From a virus (lineage: Duplodnaviria > Caudoviricetes): a stretch of DNA of 27,875 nucleotides. Below the pieces are notes generated by a model. That model did not search any database and had not been told where the DNA came from. It saw nothing but the letters and a program-made list of their open reading frames with translations. The stretch is taken from IMG/VR virus record IMGVR_UViG_3300026187_000072, positions 1 through 27,875 of that record; one strand, written 5' to 3'. The position numbers and the translations under genes were made by a program. This document shows, one piece after another, positions 17,462 to 24,177 of this stretch; position 1 is the first letter of the stretch; every line of letters starts with the position of its first letter.

Positions 17462-18146
17462 GTTATTTAAAGATAGCCTAGAAAAGTATAAACATACTAA
17501 AGGTATACTTAAAGGAAGGCTTAACCAAGAAGCCCTACAAACAGGTAAAGCTAGAAGAACTTTTAGTAGAGGTAACCCACATCCTACAGTAGATGGTTTG
17601 TTTTATATACAGTGGAGTAAAGGTAAAGAAAGATGGGGAGATTCAGAAACACTGAAAAATTACATAGCTACTCAGACTGCATACAATAAAACAGATAAAA
17701 GAAGAGCTTACTTACACGCTTTCAATAGATCAGAGCAGGAAAAATTTAGGAAAGAAAAGTGGCGTACATCAGAAAAAGGTAAAGATTATTATAAAAAATA
17801 CCAAACCGAATACCAAAAAACACCAAAGATGAAGAAGTATATGGCTGAATGGTTTAGGTCTGATAAGGGAAAAGAATTACAAAGATACCACGCAGGTAAA
17901 AAAAGAGCTATAAAACTTAAAGCTAGTGAAGGTTTAACAAAAGAACACGAGGGTGTTATAAAACAAATTTATTCACACTGTGCACGAATCTCCGAAAAGC
18001 TTCAAATACCTTTCGAGGTAGACCATATAGTACCTCTATCAATAGGAGGCTTACACCACCCTAGTAATTTACAGATTGCACCTGCTAATTGGAACCGTAG
18101 TAAAGGAAACCGTAACACCGAGAGATGGCTACCAAACGGAATGTAA
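17445..18146 (+). CDS. HNH homing endonuclease
   Basis: C-terminal FEVDHIVPL--GGLH-P-NLQI-----NRSKGN; start taken at the second Met (track start 17424); overlaps terS and terL. Confidence 0.88.
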   Translation: MQLKLKLFKDSLEKYKHTKGILKGRLNQEALQTGKARRTFSRGNPHPTVDGLFYIQWSKGKERWGDSETLKNYIATQTAYNKTDKRRAYLHAFNRSEQEKFRKEKWRTSEKGKDYYKKYQTEYQKTPKMKKYMAEWFRSDKGKELQRYHAGKKRAIKLKASEGLTKEHEGVIKQIYSHCARISEKLQIPFEVDHIVPLSIGGLHHPSNLQIAPANWNRSKGNRNTERWLPNGM

Positions 18147-19813
18147 TAGTACCTCCGCAGTTAAAGAACTTTAAGAACTTCGTATACCTGGTATGGAAGC
18201 ATCTGAACCTGCCGGACCCTACCCCCTTACAGTACTCTATCTGCGACTACCTACAGCACGGTCCTAAGCGTAGTATAGTGATGGCGTTCCGTGGGTGCGG
18301 GAAGAGTTGGATTACATCAGCTTATGTAGTGTGGGAGTTGTTACTTGATCCTTCTAAAAACATTCTTGTTGTGTCTGCATCTAAAAACCGGGCAGACGAC
18401 TTCAGTACATTCGTGCTACGACTGATACAGGAGATGCCTGTGTTACAACATTTAAAACCTAACGAGAATCAAAGGTTTAGTAAACTATCGTTTGATGTTG
18501 GTCCAGCCGGAGCTTCTCATGCACCCTCCGTTAAGAGCCTTGGTATAACATCACAGTTAACTGGTAGTCGTGCTGACATTATTATTTGCGATGATATAGA
18601 GGTGGCTAACAATGCAGCTACACAAGGTATGAGGGATAAGCTATCTGAGCAGGTAAAAGAAACAGATGCTATCATAAAACCATTAGATACTTCTAAGATT
18701 ATATTCCTTGGTACTCCACAGACAGAAGAGAGTGTTTACCAGAAGCTTCGAGAAAGGGGCTACAAGGCATCTATATGGCCTTCTGAGTATCCAAAGGAGT
18801 CTGATGTGGCTAACATATACGGAGACGATTTATCGCCCTTTGTCGGAAATAACATAACAGAAGAGACAATAGGTACATCAACAGAGCCTGGTAGGTTCAC
18901 TGATTTAGATTTAGAGGAAAGGAAGCTATCCTACGGTCGCAGCGGTTACTCTCTACAGTTCTTACTGAATCCTAGACTTAGCGACCAAGATAGATACCCA
19001 CTAAAGATAAACGACTTAATAGTTATGGATGTCGATGTGGAGGTTGCTTACGAGAAAGTTATTTGGTCTTCTGATATAGCTAACGCTGATCTATCTCTAC
19101 CTAATGTAGGATTCAATGGAGATCGCTATAAAAGACCTAGCAGTACAACGGGTGACTTAATACCGTACACAGGTAGTGTTATGAGTATTGACCCATCCGG
19201 TAGAGGTGGAGACGAGACTGGTTACGCTGTTGTGTGTATGTTGAATGGTTATCTGTATGTACCGGAAGCAGGAGGTCTTAAAGGCGGGTACAGCGAACAA
19301 ACACTAAAGGAACTTGTTGATATAGCTAAACGAAACAAAGTTAACAAGATCGTAGTAGAAAGTAACTTTGGTGACGGTATCTTTACTGAACTTATTAAAC
19401 CTTTGTTTAGAACAACATACCCTGTAACAATAGAGGAGGTACGACACTCTAAGCAAAAGGAGCTACGGATCATAGATACTTTAGAACCAGTGCTTAACGC
19501 TCATAGACTTATTGTTGATCCTAAAGTTATTAAGCATGACTATCAGTCTGCTCTTAGCTACCCTATAGAAAAACAAGCTTATTACCAACTGTTTCATCAA
19601 CTATCTCGTATAACAAAAGAAAGAGGTAGTATAACACACGATGATAGATTAGACGCTTTAGCTATTGCTGTTGCTTATTGGACAGAACAGATGGCTGCTT
19701 CAGCTGATAGAAACATGTTAGAAAGAAAACAGGAGCTGCTACAGGAAGAGTTAACAAAGTTTACTGATAGCTTTCATAAAAGGAATAACAAAGTTTCTGT
19801 AACTTGGATATAG
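18125..19813 (+). CDS. terL: Terminase large subunit (T7 gp19-like)
   Basis: AFRG-GKSWIT Walker A, LTGSRADIII-DDIE Walker B, LGTPQ, IDPSGRG-DETG, ESNFGDG, HDDRLDAL nuclease motifs. Confidence 0.97.
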   Translation: MATKRNVIVPPQLKNFKNFVYLVWKHLNLPDPTPLQYSICDYLQHGPKRSIVMAFRGCGKSWITSAYVVWELLLDPSKNILVVSASKNRADDFSTFVLRLIQEMPVLQHLKPNENQRFSKLSFDVGPAGASHAPSVKSLGITSQLTGSRADIIICDDIEVANNAATQGMRDKLSEQVKETDAIIKPLDTSKIIFLGTPQTEESVYQKLRERGYKASIWPSEYPKESDVANIYGDDLSPFVGNNITEETIGTSTEPGRFTDLDLEERKLSYGRSGYSLQFLLNPRLSDQDRYPLKINDLIVMDVDVEVAYEKVIWSSDIANADLSLPNVGFNGDRYKRPSSTTGDLIPYTGSVMSIDPSGRGGDETGYAVVCMLNGYLYVPEAGGLKGGYSEQTLKELVDIAKRNKVNKIVVESNFGDGIFTELIKPLFRTTYPVTIEEVRHSKQKELRIIDTLEPVLNAHRLIVDPKVIKHDYQSALSYPIEKQAYYQLFHQLSRITKERGSITHDDRLDALAIAVAYWTEQMAASADRNMLERKQELLQEELTKFTDSFHKRNNKVSVTWI

Positions 19814-19829
19814 CTTCTATAACAAACCT

Positions 19830-20330
19830 TGTTCACTTCGTTCTCATCGCTATTGCTCACTTCGTTCACCAATAGCTCTCTTTAGTAGATATATATAGGT
19901 GCTGTTGTAGTTAGTTTAAATACACTAAGTATAGTAGCTATACCTTGAAAATCTGAAGTTAGACTTTTAATTTACATGGTTTATTTATAAACACAATTAT
20001 CCTTAAAAACCTAAGTTAAAGTGTTAGTATCAGTCTCTTTGTTAAAGTAACAGCGAAAGAACGGATGTATGAGCTGTTCAACAACGCTGAACTGATATGA
20101 GGTAGCTGAAGCTAACTTTGGTTTAGTCTTTGTAGTGTTAACGGAAAAGAAGCTATAAAAGCAATAGCAGCTATACTACTCTAAAGTAATTGCTTGTATA
20201 CTTACCCTTGATTAATACATTGAGGATCGTTTAAAACGAACTCTAAAGTACATATCTAAATATCATTATTATACAAAGTAACAGCCGAAGGAAGCGTGTA
20301 AAGCATAAAAGTTAAAACATCAGTGTTTAA
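19830..20330. repeat. Non-coding region with short direct repeats near the genome end
   Basis: TCACTTCGTTC x2 (about 19833, 19856), AAAGTAACAGC x2 (about 20044, 20275), CTCTAAAGTA x2 (about 20179, 20241). Confidence 0.6.
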
Positions 20331-20396
20331 CAGGGGTACAGCAGGGTGTGAGAAAAAGCTACCAAAACATCTCGAAACAGAGTATACTTATAACAC

Positions 20397-20612
20397 ATGC
20401 ATATAGATGACCAAACAGACACCTTCCAGTACGAACTGGCAAAGCTCATATACCGCTTTAAAAGAGAGTACGATCTTAACGACTACACAATAGCTGGGTG
20501 TTTAGACTTTGCTAAGCTGTCTGTACTAACTGAAACAGATGATGTTATCTTTACACCCGATGAGGAAATACTAGATGAAGAAGACACCGACACCTTTGAC
20601 CCACAGTTCTGA
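20397..20612 (+). CDS. Hypothetical protein (71 aa, acidic tail)
   Basis: Open frame with AT-rich leader after the non-coding block. Confidence 0.7.
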   Translation: MHIDDQTDTFQYELAKLIYRFKREYDLNDYTIAGCLDFAKLSVLTETDDVIFTPDEEILDEEDTDTFDPQF

Positions 20613-20817
20613 CGAAGCCCTTGACCTTCCGATCATACGGATCGTCTCAACAGAAGATGAGATGTTTACCAAGATGAACCTGGAGATGGAAGATGAAACC
20701 CATAAAATGCTTGTTAAATGGGGCAAAGAGGTAGCATCCGATGAAGACTATATAAGCATAGCTATAACAGCTGGTATAGAAGAGTATGTAGATGCCTTAG
20801 ATAACAAGCAAAAATAG
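20575..20817 (+). CDS. Hypothetical protein, possible ribbon-helix-helix DNA-binding fold
   Basis: KMNLEME alternating strand followed by two amphipathic helices; start uncertain. Confidence 0.55.
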   Translation: MKKTPTPLTHSSDEALDLPIIRIVSTEDEMFTKMNLEMEDETHKMLVKWGKEVASDEDYISIAITAGIEEYVDALDNKQK

Positions 20818-20823
20818 GTGCTT

Positions 20824-20906
20824 CAAAAGGTTTTGGTAGAAAAATCTGAGAGGCTTATGATGAGCATTACCAAAAAGATTTGGTGAAAAAATGCGAGACA
20901 CTTACG
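20824..20906 (+). repeat. Imperfect tandem duplication, about 35 bp
   Basis: CAAAAGGTTTTGGTAGAAAAATCTGAGAGGCTTA versus CAAAAAGATTTGGTGAAAAAATGCGAGACACTTA. Confidence 0.7.
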
Positions 20907-20955
20907 CTATATACGCGTGCGTTAATTACCCCCGCATACCCGTAAGTATTTTATA

Positions 20956-20963
20956 GGGGAGGG
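20956..20963 (+). other. KOPS-consensus octamer (GGGNAGGG)
   Basis: GGGGAGGG, oriented toward the dif-like site 16 bp downstream. Confidence 0.4.
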
Positions 20964-20979
20964 GGATATTGTTATACTA

Positions 20980-21007
20980 ATTAGACATAATGTTTATTAT
21001 GCGAATA
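20980..21007 (-). other. dif: dif-like XerC/XerD recombination site
   Basis: Minus strand TATTCGCATAA-TAAACA-TTATGTCTAAT; 11-6-11 layout versus E. coli dif GGTGCGCATAA-TGTATA-TTATGTTAAAT (XerD arm 9/11; inner CGCATAA of XerC arm identical). Confidence 0.8.
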
Positions 21008-21237
21008 GTGACTATGTTGATAATCAGTAACTTATGAAAGTCTAAGCTGTGATGTTGTAAAAACATAATAAAACTGCATCAATTATTTTCGCAAATCAAC
21101 AGAGATTGTTAGCGTTTTGCGTCATCAGTCTATGGCTTTTGTTAGTCGCCTTAATGCAATCTTCTTGCGATTGGTCTTGTATTTGTTTTTCTTCTTCAAA
21201 GTTCTTTTTTCATTTTAAATTGAAACGATTGAAAGAT

Positions 21238-21258
21238 TGAGATTGAGTCTCAGTATCA
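21238..21258. promoter_or_regulatory. Fur-box-like operator
   Basis: Two 7-1-7 elements offset by 6 bp (TGAGATTGAGTCTCA, TGAGTCTCAGTATCA), each 10/14 to TGATAAT-N-ATTATCA. Confidence 0.5.
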
Positions 21259-21312
21259 ATTAGCAATTACTTTCTGCCCTATCAAATTGTGAATAACTTT
21301 TTTTAGATTGTG

Positions 21313-21341
21313 TTGACAAGCGATTCAAATTCGTTCAATAG
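21313..21341 (+). promoter_or_regulatory. Putative host-RNAP early promoter
   Basis: Perfect TTGACA with upstream T-tract; the -10 at 17 bp (CAATAG) is weak; sits before the first early ORF. Confidence 0.45.
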
Positions 21342-21387
21342 GTGAGATCAGCAAGGCAATTCCGCTTTGTTATAACTACTACTACTA

Positions 21388-21702
21388 ATGAATAAAGAAA
21401 CTATCGAATCAGTACGCCATGAAGTCAGAGAGCTTCAGTTATGGATTGAAAACACTAGCACTTATTACGAACGCTTTCTTGTTCCGATTGCAAAGAGCTT
21501 TCAACGCAAGATCAAAAAGAATACCTTTGACATGACTAAAGCTCCTAAAACTTATTATGCTGTTTGCTTGTTAGCTTCTAATGATTACAAGGAGCAGTTT
21601 GGATATTCATTTACTAAACTTGTCAGGGACTTAGTAGCACAAAACTTGGCTGAAGAATACCACGCTGAAATTTTAGCACAAAACGGGGAGATGTTCTCAT
21701 GA
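21388..21702 (+). CDS. Hypothetical early protein (104 aa)
   Basis: First ORF of a tightly coupled early cluster. Confidence 0.8.
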   Translation: MNKETIESVRHEVRELQLWIENTSTYYERFLVPIAKSFQRKIKKNTFDMTKAPKTYYAVCLLASNDYKEQFGYSFTKLVRDLVAQNLAEEYHAEILAQNGEMFS

Positions 21703-21785
21703 AACAAAAACTCTTAGATCTCTTAATCATCAACGCAATCTTTGGCTCCTTTTGGCTATTCGCTTTGATCTACTTTACTTCTTAA
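21699..21785 (+). CDS. Small hydrophobic peptide (28 aa), not in ORF track
   Basis: MKQKLLDLLIINAIFGSFWLFALIYFTS*; ATGA overlap with upstream stop. Confidence 0.6.
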   Translation: MKQKLLDLLIINAIFGSFWLFALIYFTS

Positions 21786-21805
21786 TCCTTACCTGACCTT
21801 ACAAA

Positions 21806-22003
21806 ATGAATACTTACATAGAACATAAAAACCTTATTCCTTACTTACTTGAACTTGGATGGATGATTTCCAAGGATACTTGGACGGATTGTCCACAGAA
21901 AGTATACGACAAACTTGCAAAGTTATCCGTGGATGATCTTGAACTTGTTTGCATGGAATACCATAGCGACATTACATCCGATTTAGTTACCAACCTTACA
22001 TGA
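21806..22003 (+). CDS. Hypothetical early protein (65 aa)
   Basis: ORF track; fits the operon. Confidence 0.7.
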   Translation: MNTYIEHKNLIPYLLELGWMISKDTWTDCPQKVYDKLAKLSVDDLELVCMEYHSDITSDLVTNLT

Positions 22004-22007
22004 CCAC

Positions 22008-22142
22008 ATGAATAAACAAATTAAAAATGTAACTGAACATCACTACGGCTTTACAACTAAGTATTTTGTTGAGTATGAAGACGGCTCAACTGAGTGGACT
22101 TATGTTTGTATTAAATCCTATTTACCTTTCATTCAAGAATGA
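22008..22142 (+). CDS. Hypothetical early protein (44 aa), not in ORF track
   Basis: MNKQIKNVTEHHYGFTTKYFVEYEDGSTEWTYVCIKSYLPFIQE*; fills the gap, ATGA overlap with next gene. Confidence 0.6.
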   Translation: MNKQIKNVTEHHYGFTTKYFVEYEDGSTEWTYVCIKSYLPFIQE

Positions 22143-22450
22143 GTGTCACCATCTACCTAACCGATCATAACGGACGAAAGGTTGCTTTCTTCTATCGAAT
22201 AGATAGCGAGCGATACCTTACCTGTCCACAGCTTATATGGGCTTGCCGTCAGCATCCTGAGTATCAAGGCACAGCAGAATCAAAGGAACACTTCATAGAA
22301 CAAGCAAAGAGTGTTATCAAGGAGCTTAATAAAATTTCACAAAATAACCGATCAACTTGTGAAAAAATTCCGTGTGATACTTGTGGGTTGACTTCTCCAA
22401 AAATGGAGGCACAAGATACCTGCCCACAATGCTTAATAAATGACCAGTAA
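22139..22450 (+). CDS. Hypothetical early protein with C-terminal zinc-ribbon-like motif
   Basis: CDTC-x12-CPQC. Confidence 0.7.
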   Translation: MSVTIYLTDHNGRKVAFFYRIDSERYLTCPQLIWACRQHPEYQGTAESKEHFIEQAKSVIKELNKISQNNRSTCEKIPCDTCGLTSPKMEAQDTCPQCLINDQ

Positions 22451-22661
22451 CAACCTAACCGACCCAGATTTCCTAGACATGAACGACCTTGATAACGACC
22501 ACATCCGGGCTTTGATCCATCATTACCTGTCCGTCCGTGAAAAGCTTCCGGATAATTTAACTGTCCGTGACAGGCTGGAGGAGCTGCAAGCGGAACTGAT
22601 TAACCGATCTTCAACGATTGAAGGAATGATCCGACAAACAACCGACAACCCAATAAAATGA
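22440..22661 (+). CDS. Hypothetical early protein (73 aa)
   Basis: ORF track; overlaps both neighbours. Confidence 0.7.
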   Translation: MTSNNLTDPDFLDMNDLDNDHIRALIHHYLSVREKLPDNLTVRDRLEELQAELINRSSTIEGMIRQTTDNPIK

Positions 22662-22735
22662 TGACAATGCTAGGCTTTGGCTGTTTCCTGATCTGTGGAT
22701 TGATACTCTTTGCCTGGTGTTATGATATGCTATGA
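22658..22735 (+). CDS. Small hydrophobic peptide (25 aa), not in ORF track
   Basis: MMTMLGFGCFLICGLILFAWCYDML*; ATGA overlaps at both ends. Confidence 0.6.
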   Translation: MMTMLGFGCFLICGLILFAWCYDML

Positions 22736-22896
22736 AAGAAACCTTATTACAACCGAGCGACATGATTGAAGAATTAATGTACCATATTATGTGGAATGAG
22801 TTTGACGGGGAGCTTGATCCCAACCACAAATACTTTCCACTTTACCTGTCCTTGCAACAGCTACTTGAGGACGAAACCAAACGATTAGAAGAATGA
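22732..22896 (+). CDS. Hypothetical acidic protein (54 aa), not in ORF track
   Basis: MKETLLQPSDMIEELMYHIMWNEFDGELDPNHKYFPLYLSLQQLLEDETKRLEE*; ATGA overlaps at both ends. Confidence 0.7.
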   Translation: MKETLLQPSDMIEELMYHIMWNEFDGELDPNHKYFPLYLSLQQLLEDETKRLEE

Positions 22897-23702
22897 GTGT
22901 ACCGAAGAAATACATCTATCAAAGTGGTGCTAACAAAGGAAAGATAAACTTAGCGTTGGTTCAAACAGGATTACCTGACCGCAGACGAGGCGACAAGCAT
23001 CCACACATAACCGGATTGTTCTTCATAACTTACCGAAACGGACGCAAGAATCCAGAGCAGTGGGGTAGTTACGCAAGCTTACAGAAACTAATAGAAAAGA
23101 ATCGAAAGCATAAGCTGTTAAACCCTGAGTATTACCGAGATAAAAGAAGGAAGTATATTGCACAGCATCCTGAAAGAATCAAAGAGACTAACCGAAAGTC
23201 CAAAGCTAAGAGACGGGCTGAAGGAAAAGAGCAAGCGTACAAGAAGTTGTACAACAAAGCTAATCCAGGTGTTATTGCTGAGATTAACAGGAAGCAAAGG
23301 CTTAAGCGTAAAGAGAACGGCAAGACACAGGCTTACAACCAACAAGACCACATCAGAATTGACCGAGCTTTACGGAGCCGTCTTAACAACGCTATTAAAG
23401 ATGGTAACAAGTCTGCTAAAAGTATCGAGTTATTTGGTGCTAGTCCGTTACAAATTAAAGCACACCTTGAGTCTCAGTTTACAGAAGGAATGTCTTGGGA
23501 TAACTACGGAGAGTGGCATATCGATCACATTATTCCGTGTGCATTCTTTGACATGACTAAACCGAGCCACCAAAAGGTATGTTTTAACTGGCAGAACTTA
23601 CAACCACTTTGGGCTGAAGAAAACCGAAGTAAATCCGATAAGATTCCGTGGTATGTTTTATTGACAATCTTAATGAACAACTACAAAACCATAACGGTAT
23701 GA
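22893..23702 (+). CDS. HNH-type endonuclease (LE-QF---MSW-NYG-WHIDHI-P subtype)
   Basis: LRSRL...HLESQFTEGMSWDNYGEWHIDHIIPC--FD-----Q--CF---NLQPLWA-EN-SK-DK. Confidence 0.88.
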   Translation: MSVPKKYIYQSGANKGKINLALVQTGLPDRRRGDKHPHITGLFFITYRNGRKNPEQWGSYASLQKLIEKNRKHKLLNPEYYRDKRRKYIAQHPERIKETNRKSKAKRRAEGKEQAYKKLYNKANPGVIAEINRKQRLKRKENGKTQAYNQQDHIRIDRALRSRLNNAIKDGNKSAKSIELFGASPLQIKAHLESQFTEGMSWDNYGEWHIDHIIPCAFFDMTKPSHQKVCFNWQNLQPLWAEENRSKSDKIPWYVLLTILMNNYKTITV

Positions 23703-23899
23703 GAGGATACAATTACGACGGCTGGCTTAACAGCAATAACCCATACGATGATTTATACGATGAAGAAAAAGAAAGAGAGTGGCTACTTAAAGAGATTGAA
23801 GAATTTGAAGGTGATGAAGAAGCTATTGAGCACTGGCTCAGGTGGGAAGGATACGAAGACCCAAGAGAAAAAGGACAGCGGAATTTTTTGGGAAGCTGA
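23699..23899 (+). CDS. Hypothetical acidic protein (66 aa)
   Basis: Start reassigned from 23648 to the ATG overlapping the HNH stop (ATGA): MRGYNYDGWLNSNNPYD... Confidence 0.65.
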   Translation: MRGYNYDGWLNSNNPYDDLYDEEKEREWLLKEIEEFEGDEEAIEHWLRWEGYEDPREKGQRNFLGS

Positions 23900-23934
23900 A
23901 GCAGATATAATACGAACCGATTTACTTAACCGAG

Positions 23935-24177
23935 ATGTACCCTGAGAATCATATCGTCCAAGGCATAGCTAGACACGATCTGGATTACAGTTCCATAGAT
24001 CATAAGGCTATCAACGATGGCTTCCAACAGTTTTGGATGATGACTGAGATTTACGGGTTCGAACGGAATAAGGACGGGACATACAAAAGGACAGAGGACG
24101 GACGCTTGATTGCTATTCGTTCTAACCGTCCAAGGATGAAGCCAAAAGGTAACTTTGATTGGTTTGAGAATCTATGA
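23935..24177 (+). CDS. Hypothetical protein (80 aa)
   Basis: ORF track; ATGA overlap with RNAP start. Confidence 0.7.
   Translation: MYPENHIVQGIARHDLDYSSIDHKAINDGFQQFWMMTEIYGFERNKDGTYKRTEDGRLIAIRSNRPRMKPKGNFDWFENL

Noticed and set aside
19814-21387. tRNA or other known ncRNA in the non-coding end region
   Set aside because: No cloverleaf or T-loop GTTCGA pattern seen; cannot exclude a novel RNA without covariance analysis
23158-23556. 132-aa alternative-frame + ORF within HNH2
   Set aside because: Fully nested in a motif-supported gene with no independent support
23748-23945. 65-aa + ORF overlapping the 23699-23899 gene
   Set aside because: Mostly overlaps a better-coupled ORF; a shorter real product bridging to 23935 cannot be excluded
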